Shown one piece after another: positions 16,529-28,600 of a DNA stretch of 64,000 bases (the first letter of the stretch is position 1; each line of letters starts with the position of its first letter). The DNA comes from a virus: positions 12,009 through 76,008 of IMG/VR virus record IMGVR_UViG_3300049491_000083; one strand, 5' to 3'. Position numbers and translations under genes: made by a program. A model generated the notes under the pieces. It searched no databases, was not told the DNA's origin, and saw only the letters and a list, made by a program, of their open reading frames with translations.

Positions 16529-19117
16529 ATGGAGCAGATAATAGAGCATGAGGGCCAAGTCTACCTGCGAGCAGAGGGGCTTATTGACTTACTTATTGAC
16601 AGGGTTGAGGCTCTGGCTATGGAACTTGACGTGTACCGCGACGGCTGGATCGAAGAGGATGTTACTGCATTCTCTAATCAGTTGAAGGGTTTCGCCAAGT
16701 GTATCAAAGTCATAACGATTGAGTATACCTCCTTGACTACCGACGAGAATCGTGCTAAGGTGTACCTAGACCTAGCCGACAAGATGCAAAGGATCATTGA
16801 CGCATGAACAAGTTCCAGTATCATTATGTGATCTGCTATGACGCGGAGACTCAGAAGTGGCATGTAGAGGATGAGACTAAGTACCTAGACGGTAACGTGT
16901 GGGATGACGTGCATGAGGAATGGTTCTGGCCCGTGGATGACACCGAAGAGGACTACCAGAATACCAAGTGCTACAACATGATCCAAGCCCTCGTTCCCAT
17001 TTGGCCGGTGCCCTAATGTGGACTGAATACGACAAGACGATGGTAGACTTCGTTGAGCCTAATGATATTGTCAAGTACCGGGGCAAGATCATCACGGTTA
17101 CCGAGGTAGATGATTCTGACAGTGACCGGGTAGCACTATTCGGGCTGGACTGGATGGACTACTATGTTGAGGTCCGTGTCCCTTGCGGAACCTACGTCCC
17201 GCTGGTATACTGGCAGGACTAACCCACGGGGGACGGCTGGCTGGTGGTCAGATGGTGTCTTATATACATCCTAGAGTAGGGTTCAATCCCCTAGTCCCCT
17301 ACAACAACAATGAAAGGATAGACAATGCCCACTTATACCGTTCATTTCTCGGCCTACTTCTCTGACTCCACTGAGGTAGAGGCAGACACCGAGGAAGAGG
17401 CGTGGAACATTGCAGGCCCCGTTATCTCTGATGACTGGTCGGCCTACTCCGCACAGGGCGGGTACACTGTACCGTTCGATGACATTCAGATTGAGGAAGT
17501 GCAGGAAGATGAATAGCAACCTGCCCGACTACATTAACGCTACGCAGACGTTCACCTATGACGTTGAGGCTGTCCGCGAATACCTGCGGGAGTGTGACAT
17601 TCGCCCCACCGACGATGCTGTTATTCAGACTATCGAAACATGGGCGGCAGAAGAGTTTGGATGGGGAGACTACATCCTCATAGGACCGGATGGAGAAGAA
17701 ATTGCCTAAGTACCTTGTTCGTTATCAGTCCCGCGAGTTCTACGAGATTGCGGTAGAGGCAGATTCGCCCGAGGATGCCGAAGAGAGGTTCTGGCTGGAG
17801 GATAAGATATGGGAGGGTCACCCCTATGACTCAGACACCAGCGTTATTGAAATTGAAGATGAGGATGGGGTTGTAACCTATGAATAGCAACGAATACTAT
17901 GACAACTTTGTTGTCCCCGTTCTGACTGGGCAGATGGACGAGTACCTAGAGGGTATGATCGACACCATTCGCCTTCGCCAGAAGGACAAGGCTCCCAAGA
18001 TTTGGGAGTTCAAGGTTGGCGATGCTGTCAAGTACGGCAACAACGTCAGGCCCAAGTACCTTGCCGGTGTCAAGGGCAAGATCGTGGAGATTCGTCGGAC
18101 CAAGGTTACTGTTGGTCTGGAGAAGCCCGTTGGTCGATTCGGTACCCGGATCGTGACTCCTATTAACCTGATTGAGAAGGTGTAACATGGGTAACCGTGC
18201 AGCATTTGGATTCCGCGACTATGAGGGACGCATCCTCTGGCTCTATGCCCACGAGGGCGGCTATGACATGTTCAAGAAACTTGCAGATGCCATTGCCCAT
18301 GCCGAGCCTAGGTGGGATGGGGAAGAGTGTACCTACGGTACCCGGATGATGATTAGTCATATGATCGGTGAGAAGTGGGATAGCGAGTACGGCTTCGGGA
18401 TCGGCTTTGACCTTCCTGATACCGCCCACTCTGTACCCGTTGTTGACTTTGGCACTAACGAGGTATGGCTGTACCCCTACCCCGGCTACAACCCCAATGC
18501 CTCAGGCAACAAGAATTGGGCACTTTCTGACCTTCCCAAGTACCGCATCGGCTTCGAACTCTTCTGCAAGAAATATGGTTCGTGGACGGTGAGCAACCGG
18601 TTTGCCCATGCCCAGCCCAAGTCTCTTAAGACTGAGACTGAGGAACCCCGGTACACGAAGGCTGAGTGGCTTGAACTACTCCGCACCCTCTAACCCTTGA
18701 CATTGGAGGCCCCACCCGGTAGAATTGCTATAGGAGGTACATCATGACGTGGATCAACTCAGAGTCCATTGCTAATAAGATAACCAAGATTCTGGGGGAC
18801 AATGCTCCTACTCCTTCGGAGTGGAAGTATGCGATCCCTGTTCATCTGGTCCAGTCACCCCTGCCTGTCGTTATCAACGCAAAGAATCTGGCAGACGGTA
18901 TCAACGAAGCCATTGAGAAGTACCATCCTGATTTCAAGGATGAGTGGCTGGCATTCGACGCACGCTCGGAGAAGTATCACATGGAGGATCAGTGATAGTC
19001 TGGATTGAAACAGATGAGTGGTCTGCACGCTGGGGAGATGTGCCTGAGGCTGATGCCGACTGGCTATTCAACCTAGCAGAGATTGCCCTTGGCCCTGCTG
19101 ACACCATAGCAACGTGA
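16529..19117 (+). other. operon(s) of small hypothetical genes (16529..16807, 16804..17016, 17325..17516, 17880..18185, 18187..18693, 18744..18995 and others)
   Basis: translationally coupled short, mostly acidic ORFs. Confidence 0.7.
17228..17301 (+). tRNA. tRNA-Ile(TAT)
   Basis: gggggac/gtcccct acceptor, ggtgt-CTTATAT-acatc, taggg-TTCAATC-cccta. Confidence 0.82.
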
Positions 19118-19170
19118 TCCTGTACCCCGCCCCGTATGAGGGTGCGGGGTCCGGGCGCGGAAGCCAAAAC

Positions 19171-19279
19171 TCATATTACGAAGGATCAAAATTTTCACCG
19201 AGTTTTCGAAAACTGGCATTACGAATGGAGGGAATTTTCACATGAATTCATATTACGAAGGAATGAAAATTTCACCGGG
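19171..19279 (+). repeat. three tandem ATTACGAA...AATTTTCAC repeats
   Basis: units at 19171-19200, 19217-19244, 19248-19279. Confidence 0.8.
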
Positions 19280-19290
19280 ATGGAGTATGC

Positions 19291-19797
19291 ATGACCTGTA
19301 TAGTAGCAGTAACACATGGAGATAAGGTATTCATGGCCGGGGACAGAGGTATGTCTGATGGTAATACCATAGTCAGTAGTAAGGAACCTAAGATATTCGA
19401 TACCGGTGAATATTTATTTGGCTGGGCAGGCAACATAGGCCTAGGCCAATCCATCATTCATGGCTTCGACTTCCCACTGATACAGGATGACGAGGAGATC
19501 TTTACCGTGTTCATCCCACATCTGAAGAAATACATTACGAAGCGCTTTGATATTTCCCCGGATGACCACAGTCACTTCATCCTAGGATACAATGGCCGGG
19601 TATATGAGATTAGCACTGATGGTTATGGCTGTATAGAGTATGACAACATAGCAATAGGCTCGGGTAAGGAATTTGCCATGGGTTCCCTATACAGCACAGT
19701 AGAGGAAGCACCATTGGTACGTGTCACCCTTGCTGTAGAGGCTGCCATTACCCTGAGTCCCGGCTGCGCCGGTCCTATTGACTGGGCAGAGATGTAA
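19291..19797 (+). CDS. HslV/proteasome-beta-like Ntn peptidase
   Basis: N-terminal MTCIVAV, D, K and AIGSG motifs. Confidence 0.82.
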   Translation: MTCIVAVTHGDKVFMAGDRGMSDGNTIVSSKEPKIFDTGEYLFGWAGNIGLGQSIIHGFDFPLIQDDEEIFTVFIPHLKKYITKRFDISPDDHSHFILGYNGRVYEISTDGYGCIEYDNIAIGSGKEFAMGSLYSTVEEAPLVRVTLAVEAAITLSPGCAGPIDWAEM

Positions 19798-19925
19798 AAA
19801 TCAAACTTTTCAAGCATTTTACCCCCACTTTTGGGGGTTTTTTGCTGTTTGGGGGCATGTTTCTGCAAATAATTTGGGATGGGGGCGACATTACGAAAGA
19901 TTAATAGTCTCGACAATCACCCAAA

Positions 19926-19950
19926 TCCTTATTGAAAATCATTATCAGAA
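19926..19950. promoter_or_regulatory. Zur/Fur-type box
   Basis: TCCTTATTGAAAATCATTATCAGAA, a near palindrome. Confidence 0.55.
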
Positions 19951-22397
19951 CAGAATATGCACTCTGGGAAATTTTTATGCATGTTTTATGCATGATCGTG
20001 CATATATTCATGGCCCTATGGCTAGAGCAAGGCCGCTCTGTATCTCGTGTTCAGGCCCCTATGGTCAAGCGATACCTCTACGATGGTTCCGTCTATGGTT
20101 ACTGCATATATTGTGTCTTTGTCGTCTATGGGGAAGCCTTCTGATTGCAGTACCCGGACGATTTCAGCCATGAAGGGCTTGCGCTTAATAGCCACGATAG
20201 CCCTCACGCTTGGCCCTGTATACGAAGCCGTTCTTGACCCATTCGATTTCAAGGTCACCCATGGAGCCATAGGAATACTCTGTTATGACTGCATCCCGGC
20301 CTATGACGATCCTGTACTTGCGTGCTATCTTGCGGACGGCTGCCTCCATTGCATCATACCCGCCCCGCTCTTCTACCCGTTGTATCTTAGGCATAGTTCC
20401 TCTATCTCCTTTACTAGTTCTGGGTCGTTCCCATTGATCTTGACGCTGACATACCATTGACTGGTACCCGGCGAAAGGCTGTCGATCTTGACATAGTGGG
20501 GCTTGAGGAAGCGTATCTCCAGCCTGTCAATGATCAGTCCGACGAGGGCATATGCCTGACTCAGCCGAAGATTAGCCTTGCTGTTGCGCCATACGATTTC
20601 AGTTTCAGTGTTCATTTGAGGTGTCCTAGGTTTTCGATTTTGATATAACTGTCGCCGTTGATTTTCAAAATTGGCTCATCCACGCGAATGACGAACTTTT
20701 TGTTCTTGGTTTCAATTTTGATTTTTGACAGGTTGGGCCAGTCATCGTTGTTGATATGGATATCTACGGTGTCCTGTTCCTTCCACTCCATGAGTTTGTA
20801 CCTCCCCTGAATGCTGGTCATATGCTGTAGTCCACTCTGCTCGTATCACGGGCATCTTCAATTCTCCCCCGCAGATTTGAGATTTCAGCATCGCGTTCCG
20901 CGATTATATCTTTTAGATCATGTATCATATCCAACCGATTGTCAAGTTGGAAGATGATAGCCCCTAGTGCTCTGCGGGTAATCATTATCTGCATATCCTC
21001 AGGAACCATGATGAGTTCATTGGCTTCGTCTATGTCTATGTAACTCATGATTGCTCCTTGATTGAGTACCCGCCCAATGGACGGAACATTTCGTAGTGCT
21101 CATCGCATGTGCGAATCACTACGTCAGTACCCACGTCGTCAACAAATCCAAACTTGGCCTTTATCTCATGGGTTGCAGGCACGGTTGCATACTCGCATAC
21201 CATACAGTATTCAGTCATTGGAGTACCCTTCTGGATATTCAAACACTACCCGGCTTACCACCGGCAGGATCATGCTGTCCTTGTCATAGTTGGTGTTCAT
21301 AAGGAACTTGATCTGGCTCTCTGTCACTCGCTGATTGCAGGCCCGGTAAATTTCCTGACTGATGAAACTGTATGGTGCATCGACTTCCCGCATGAACTCA
21401 GTTGATACCCATAGGAACATCTCAGGATCATCCTTAACGGGAAATCCCCACATCCTATGCCGCCTGTCGTAGGCCACCGTCAGGGTTTCAAAGTTGACTT
21501 CTGGTATGTCAGACATTGTTTGTCCAATTAGAATGTGCTGTCGTGCCATACATGGAGTCCATGCAATTGATATGCGGAACACCAGTAAATTGCTTCCCAC
21601 ACAATATACAGGTGTTTGCTTGATCTTTCCTGCCTTGCTCGTAGCCTTCTCTATACGCAAGTTCTGGTGTAGGGATTTCTGAACACGGGTTTGAGTCATT
21701 CCTAATTACTGAGATGCAGGAGTCGCGGGAGAACCAGTACGGCAGAGCCTTAACCTTTTGTACGACCCTTTCCCTTTCGGACGCACGGATCAAATCGACC
21801 GCAGCATCGGGAACGTCGATCCACTCACCGTCATGTAGGAACTGCATCACTGCCTCCCTTGACGTTGAGGATCATGCCCATGACGACAGCCAGAGCCTCT
21901 TTCCATTCGGGCGATGCTCCTGCCATGACTGCCTTGACCTCACGGTCAATGCGTTCCCGCTCGTCCCGCTGGCCCTGCTCGTAGCCGATTCCCTGCGCTA
22001 CGTGCGCCGCCTCGGCAAAGTCCTGCCATTCACTATTTGCCTGCTCCCGACCACGCTGCTCGCCACGCTGAAAGGCATCTGATGCTCGCTCGCTCATGCT
22101 GCGATACTGTAAGGCAAAAAACTTGCCCTGCTCCCGCATTCCTCTTTCGGTGGCATGATCACAGCCACACGGGCAGCCACCTTCACACCACGTCGATGTT
22201 CCGCAGCCACACATTATGTCACCACCACCTGTCTACCCAGAATCTTTTCATTGCATATGTCCCGGCAGCGAGGGCAGCAATAATGGCGATACCAGCCCAG
22301 CCAGTGGAAAGAATGATAAAGGCAATGAGTCCGAGAATCGCAATCACACCCATAAGACCGCAGAATGCTACACCATACTTATCAATATTATCTGCCA

Positions 22398-22814
22398 TTA
22401 GTTGGTCACCTGAGTCTCAAGGTCGATGTTGGGAACTATCACGTCAGGCTTGAAGATAACCCGGTAGTTGTAGGTGGAAACATTGGATGCCTCTACCTGC
22501 TCAACAAGATAGGATACGTTGTCGGACAGGCCAAGGAAATGCTTCTTGAATTCCGTGGGTCCTGTCTTGCAGGTAACCTCTAGACTACCGCCCAACTTTG
22601 AGTCGGAAGTCTCAACTGAGCAGTACCCCTGAATTTCAAGGATGTACTTGTCGGTGATGCCATTGATGAACACGATGCGACGGTTGACCTCAAACATCTC
22701 AGCAGCCTGCGACAAATTTGACGATGCAACGTCAGCATCGGTGGCACAGCCAGCCAGCAGGGTCGCACCCATGACGCCAGCAGCAGCGAGAGCAATAATC
22801 TTCTTATTCTTCAT
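22398..22814 (-). CDS. conserved phage lipoprotein
   Basis: signal peptide with lipobox LAGC; ADVASSNLS...RRIVFINGITD family motif. Confidence 0.85.
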   Translation of the reverse strand: MKNKKIIALAAAGVMGATLLAGCATDADVASSNLSQAAEMFEVNRRIVFINGITDKYILEIQGYCSVETSDSKLGGSLEVTCKTGPTEFKKHFLGLSDNVSYLVEQVEASNVSTYNYRVIFKPDVIVPNIDLETQVTN

Positions 22815-24607
22815 GATTCATCCTTAGGGGTTCCGGGGGTAGTTGCGGTGTCTTGCATTTCTGACCAGACTGCGTTAGTTCTCCACATCCACTGAGTCAG
22901 AGAGAAGTAGTAGTTGGGCGGGGATTCTTGGGGGCGTGCCCACCATTCTCCATTCCAGAAAATCGGGGTACCCGGCTCTGGCTCTGGCTTGTCGGGAACA
23001 AGGACAAGGTGCTCTGGATCGTAGTAGAGAGTGGTGGCGAACTGTGGAGTCTGCAAGCCAACCTGCCAGCCTACGCCCTTATCAAATCTTAGTTCCATTA
23101 CTTTGTAGGCCTTGGCCCAATCACGTTCCTTGTTCGTGACCCTATCGCCCAACTTGAATGGTGCATCGGGCTTGGGCCGGAAGATGAATTCAACCTTGCT
23201 AATATAATTAGCCCTTCGCCCATCGGCATAGCGGACGAGATTCGCGGGGCCGATCATGAGGGCATCGCCTTTCTTGGCTGCCTTGTACAACTTGCCAGTC
23301 TCCACAGACTCATGGCCCTTGCCGTCGTACCAGTACACCTTTACGATATCCCCGGCACGCATATCCTTGATTTCCATTAGTTCTCCAAAAGGTATTGGTT
23401 ATAGTATCTTTCAAAGTCGCTTGTGGCGGCAATGTAGCCTTCATCAAATCCCCGGCTATGGCCACGCCACCATTCTCCCCACAGGTCGTCCATGACCTTG
23501 CAGGAGGGGCAGGAGGGGGTACATTCGCCCTGTCCCCACACACACTGGGGATTAACGTGCAGGGCACGCTCTGCGTTCATCCCAGCGTTGTAGCCACTCA
23601 GCCAGTATTCATTATTGATAAGGATTGTCATTTCTGGCTCACTCCATGGGTATCTTCGAAGTCAAAGCAGTCGCACAGCCACGACTTGCAATCAGGGATT
23701 GTCTCTCCTGAGAAGGGGCACCTGTCATTGGCTACCTGTTGGTTGTAGAAGATTGCCCACTCTACCTGCTGGAAGTCATCCATATCTACCGGGCCATAAT
23801 AGGCTTCGTATGCGTTGCTCATCGGTTTCTCTTGTCCCTATCCTTGGAACGCTTTGCCGTGGTAGCAGCCTGATCCGCTGCCTGTGCCCAATGGCGAATC
23901 TGCAACCAGATACTCTTTACGGACTGGAATTCCTCTTCGGTCATGTTGGATGATATTGCCCCCATTTCCCTCTCCACGTTCCTGAGGGCATCGGCATAGC
24001 CGACCATGTACTCGTACCCGATCTTCACTGTGCCCCCAGCCAGTTGATACCGGCAATGATGAGGGCAATGATGGCTACTGTCATGGCAATGCCCAACACT
24101 GCACAGATGCTAAACCAGATTACGAACATCCTGTCGATAGCCTTGTCATCCATTATCATCGTCGCTCCCAAAGTACGTCATAGATTATGTCTCTAATGTC
24201 AGACTCAAATGCCACATTGAATGACTCCTGAGTCACCGGCTCTCCGCGACTAACAAATCCCTTGGTAATGAACCTGTTGGCAAACAGAGCCGCTATAGAT
24301 GGTTCCCAGTGATGCTCGCTATCCATCAGACACCGTACCTATTCTTTGCGTAGTTGATGCAGTCAGCGTACTGACCTTCGAATTGAATCTCTCCGAACTC
24401 ACCCTGAATCTCGTTCACGGCCCACCATGTATGCTTGTTGATGATGCAATGCTGGTCATAGCATCCTTCTCCAAATACTGTTCCACCACACTTGTTCTTT
24501 TCAATATGGTAGAGAGGGGTGGACTTGGTAGTTGAGATGTACATGCTGTCTCCTATGTCTGGATGATGGTACCATCCTATCAGGGATACCCGGCAAAGTC
24601 AAGGGTT

Positions 24608-24859
24608 TTAACGGAGAACTGGACGCTTTTTCTTGTCCTTGCGACCAGTCACCAGATACCAGATACCATAGACAATGGCAATGATTATCAGAATTGCGAA
24701 GAAGATTGCGAATGGAATCCAGAACGGTGCGAGGACCCACAGCCATGCCCAATCGATGACACCAGTCAACTTAAGAGTGATGAACACTATCCCCAGAATC
24801 CCCAGAATTGGGAAGGCGGGTCCAGAAACATAAACAGTCTTGCTAGTATTAGTAGTCAC
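24608..24859 (-). CDS. membrane protein
   Basis: IVFITLKLTGVIDWAWLWVLAPFWI. Confidence 0.75.
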   Translation of the reverse strand: MTTNTSKTVYVSGPAFPILGILGIVFITLKLTGVIDWAWLWVLAPFWIPFAIFFAILIIIAIVYGIWYLVTGRKDKKKRPVLR

Positions 24860-27444
24860 TTTTCTCCTTGAATTTTGCTGCCTGTATGTATAGGATCTGC
24901 TGGTCGAATACCTGTCTCAGAATGGTGCTGGTTGTAGCATAGTCTCCAACGATAGTTCTAACGTTGTAGGCATCCTTGCCGGGATCATATTGTATCTGTC
25001 GTTGTGGCAGATCGGGGTTGCACTTGAGGCACCGATCCCAACTACAGGGATTATCATTCACCCTGAGTTCATGCTCAAGCCTAGAAATTCTCTCGTCATC
25101 ACCCCAGCGGGTATCCAGAAGTTGATCAGCACTTGCTGTCCAGTTATACCCCACGGACTACCTCTTCAAGGCACTCCCGGCACTTGCAGGCATCAGACTC
25201 AAGAGCATCATCGAAGGCTACTGCGGCATCGTCACGACCGCCAGAGTATCCCTTTCGGTACCCGGCATCGAAGCCCTCGGCATAGCCCTTCTGATGAGAG
25301 TCCTTGATTATCTTGGTAATGGTATCAACGTAATACTTTGCGATTACCTCGTCCATGTTCATTAGTTGCACTCCCACACTAGATCTGGATACTTGATAGC
25401 GGCTACAGAAAGCCGCCTGAGCAGATCCCTACCACCATCAGCACTTCCCCATCCATTGGATGGGTTCATCTTACGATACACGTCGATGTAGTCATTCATG
25501 GTGGTATAGCCTGTAACAAGATCAACAAGTGTATCCCCGGCTCGCTGGCCTTCGATCAGATCCCGCAGGCTCTCCCCGAATATGCTATGAAACATAGGAC
25601 CAATGTTGTAGGTGTAGTTGTCCTGAAATACTTCGTCACCATCTTGGTCGTAGAGGTTGATATCGACGCTCACATCAGGCTCCTGACCGCATCCATGGCA
25701 TCCTGCAAGGCCTGCTCTCGGATATCGTCAGGATTATCCATGCCCCACTCGGCCTCCTGATACCCGTCGTCATAGGCCTCTGCCTTGATCTTCTCAATCT
25801 CTTCGAATGAGTAGATGCCCTCAGTATCAATAAGTTCTACAATGATCTTGCACTCGGGGCATTCATATGGATGGAAACTCGCCCACGACTTGCACATATC
25901 TTCGTGTTGCATTACGACTCCGACTCTATGATTGATAGGATTTCGTCTATTGGGATGATGACATTGGAGTTGTCCCACTTCTGGAACCTAAGATACTTGG
26001 TACCCGGTGGAAGTTTTTCCATGGTGTCCCACACAGCATCAAAGGTGTAGTGATTAGCCAAAAGAAAGGCGGTGTGATGCGTAGTATCCTTGACATACAG
26101 CCTGATCACAGTATCTCCACACTATAAATGATCTGCTCTGGATCGCCCTTGTCAAGGCTGATCATGAGCATGTTGTATACCTCGCCCATGTTGCGGGGTT
26201 CGGTCAACTTGATATGAATGTCCCAGTCAGTCTTTGTATACATTACATCTTCCCCCAATATACGACTGAATCTTCTGTTACCCCGAAATTGAGTACGAGT
26301 AGTTCCCAATTCCACAGGGTACCATCGTTTGCCTGAGACCACGCATCCTTGCCATTATCGGTCTGTCCATCCCACCACCTCATGCGCTGGAAGGCAAAGC
26401 CAGCCTGATCGACAACGACGCTGCCCATGGGCGGCTCTGCCGGGACGGGGAAATGCTCTAGAGATGTGGAAAGGTAGGAGTTTCCCGGCCCACCGTTATC
26501 AAGTTCAACAAACGTGCGGCCCTCATCGAAGTCACGACCGGGATAGATCTTGGTCACGATGCCAGAAATGTGATGATGATTGGTCTGTCGTACTCGCTCT
26601 CCAACTTCGAAAGTATTATCAAGTGCCGCATGGAGCATGATCCGCTCAGCACCGGGAGGGAAGGTAAAAGTCACCAGCCCATCGCCCTCAACCCATGTGA
26701 TGGTGCTATCCTTGTCAATCTTCATTGATTGTGCCTCTCTGCTTGGCTTATGGCCCTAGTCTACTACGACTAGTCCCAAGTGTCAAGCCTTTTCCCGGCG
26801 AATTCTCGCTGCATATCACGCAATGTCAGAACTGCTATTAGATCATACATTGGTGCCTTGTCCATCCATTGCTGGGTCACCGAGAGGCCACCCACCATGG
26901 TCATCCACTTGTGAGACACCATATATTCTGCGTCGGCTAGGCCAGCACGATAGCCGTCTACCCATACTTCGGTTTCTCTACCGATATTGCTCTTCTTTTT
27001 GCCCATTATTCACACCTTATCCACAGGATACAAAAGGATATTTATTAGACTACGGTCTTTCGGGCAATCATTCGTGCCCTTTCTGAACGCTTCTCGCTCT
27101 CAGTACGCTTACGCTTGATGATTCTGTCACGCCTGTTCTTTCCATTGGCCCACGCTCCACGCTCAGACAGGGCTAGGCCATAGGCCACCGGCTCACCATC
27201 GCGGAAGAGGACGTAATGCCAGAGGACCCAGCCCTTGCTTACTGCAATGATCCAGTCGTTCTTCATGTTACCGCCTTAATGGTTAGTTCTTCGATGTTCT
27301 CTACCCCGGTGAATTCGCGGCCTAGAAACGTGACGCTCTCAATACTATCAAGGTTATAGAAGGTATCAAGTGCGTCTGCATAGTCTATTGCGTCAACGTC
27401 GATAGCCATTTTGACTGTCTCCGTCCATGTAAATCTAAATGTAC

Positions 27445-28128
27445 TCATGGGGCTACCCTTCCGTTGTTCACGAACGCAGCGTGGGTAAGCGGCATTCGAT
27501 CTTCGAATATATCTTCATACTTCTCTGCCACCATCTCAATTTCCCGCTGAGGGAAGGATGGGAAGCGTGATTCCGGTGCCTTACGACGAAGGCTCAGGAA
27601 GTTCATCAGTGCCCGTGGATTCATGGTGACGTAAGCACTTGAATAGATGTTGACGGGCAAGACCATTCGGGCTACCTCTCGTGCGATACCAAGGTCAAGC
27701 ATGGACTGGTACTCTGCGTAGCAATTGGTGGACATTCGCTTGATTGCGGCTACCATTGCTAGATACTGAGGCTCGTTGCCCGGAACGAAACTGTATGCAC
27801 CCGGCTTGCCTACTTGAACAAGGTTACGATCAGGTCCGGGGATATAGAAGTCAGGCTTCAACTGGGTGTATCTGCCTGACTCTTCGTTGTAGTTTGCCAT
27901 GCGGTGACGCATATGCTCTCGCCATACGAAGATGGGAGCCTCTACCCGGAAGGTAATAATGCCATGCTCAAAGGGGGAGCCATGCCTGTCACGCATTAGA
28001 TAGTTAATCAAGCCCTCTGGATCGGCTGAACTATGGTCTGTACCGGTCGATACCCGTGCTGCCTTGGCAACCATTTCATCGCTGACGCACGATTCGATTA
28101 GTTCGACGTGCATATCAGATCTAAACAT
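27445..28128 (-). CDS. thyX: flavin-dependent thymidylate synthase
   Basis: HGSPFEH, RHR...NEESGRY, REVARMVLP motifs. Confidence 0.96.
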   Translation of the reverse strand: MFRSDMHVELIESCVSDEMVAKAARVSTGTDHSSADPEGLINYLMRDRHGSPFEHGIITFRVEAPIFVWREHMRHRMANYNEESGRYTQLKPDFYIPGPDRNLVQVGKPGAYSFVPGNEPQYLAMVAAIKRMSTNCYAEYQSMLDLGIAREVARMVLPVNIYSSAYVTMNPRALMNFLSLRRKAPESRFPSFPQREIEMVAEKYEDIFEDRMPLTHAAFVNNGRVAP

Positions 28129-28600
28129 ACCCTTGGCTCTCTTCTGTCATGTGCGTAGGCCACATGACCTCGCAGTCGGTGTGGCACAGCACAGGAGGCT
28201 CTATAGCGTCCCATGCGAAGGTCGGGTAGGCAACCGGGTCAAGTTCGAAGAGCCGCTGCCTATGGGACATATGGATAAGTTCATTGTCCAACCAGTCAGG
28301 CTCTACAATGCCGCCATTGGGGAAGGCGTAGAAGATCTTAAGAGCATTGTCCCACTCGCTGTCAAGATAGATACGGCGGTAGTCACACTCATCCTTGATA
28401 GTGAGCATGAACTCAAACAGGCAATCTCCATAGCCTCGCCATGCCTCTACCGCTGGATCATTATAGAGTATATTATTAGTGTCGTCTACCGCTAGAATTT
28501 TCAAAATTGTTTGCATATTGTGGAACTGCTGTTCCAAATCCTTGTCGCTCAAATCCTTGGCTGTCTGCTCAAAGGTTGAGTCTGTCATGTAGATTATCAT
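28121..28600 (-). CDS. divergent pyrimidine-dimer-glycosylase-like (MSMEG_6728-type) protein
   Basis: PAVEAWRGY, PDWL...HMSHRQRL..LDP..Y, C-terminal WP. Confidence 0.65.
   Translation of the reverse strand: MIIYMTDSTFEQTAKDLSDKDLEQQFHNMQTILKILAVDDTNNILYNDPAVEAWRGYGDCLFEFMLTIKDECDYRRIYLDSEWDNALKIFYAFPNGGIVEPDWLDNELIHMSHRQRLFELDPVAYPTFAWDAIEPPVLCHTDCEVMWPTHMTEESQGYV

Larger units (their letters stand above)
5391..19160. repeat. dispersed (CC)GCGCCCCG GC-box, about 14 copies at cassette junctions
   Basis: copies near 5391+, 6388-, 7119-, 7661-, 7670+, 7881+, 8961-, 9541+, 11339+, 12935+, 14144+, 15291+, 16461+, 19153-. Confidence 0.88.
20022..27448 (-). other. long run of small hypothetical genes
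   Basis: more than 25 coupled short ORFs, several predicted membrane proteins. Confidence 0.7.
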
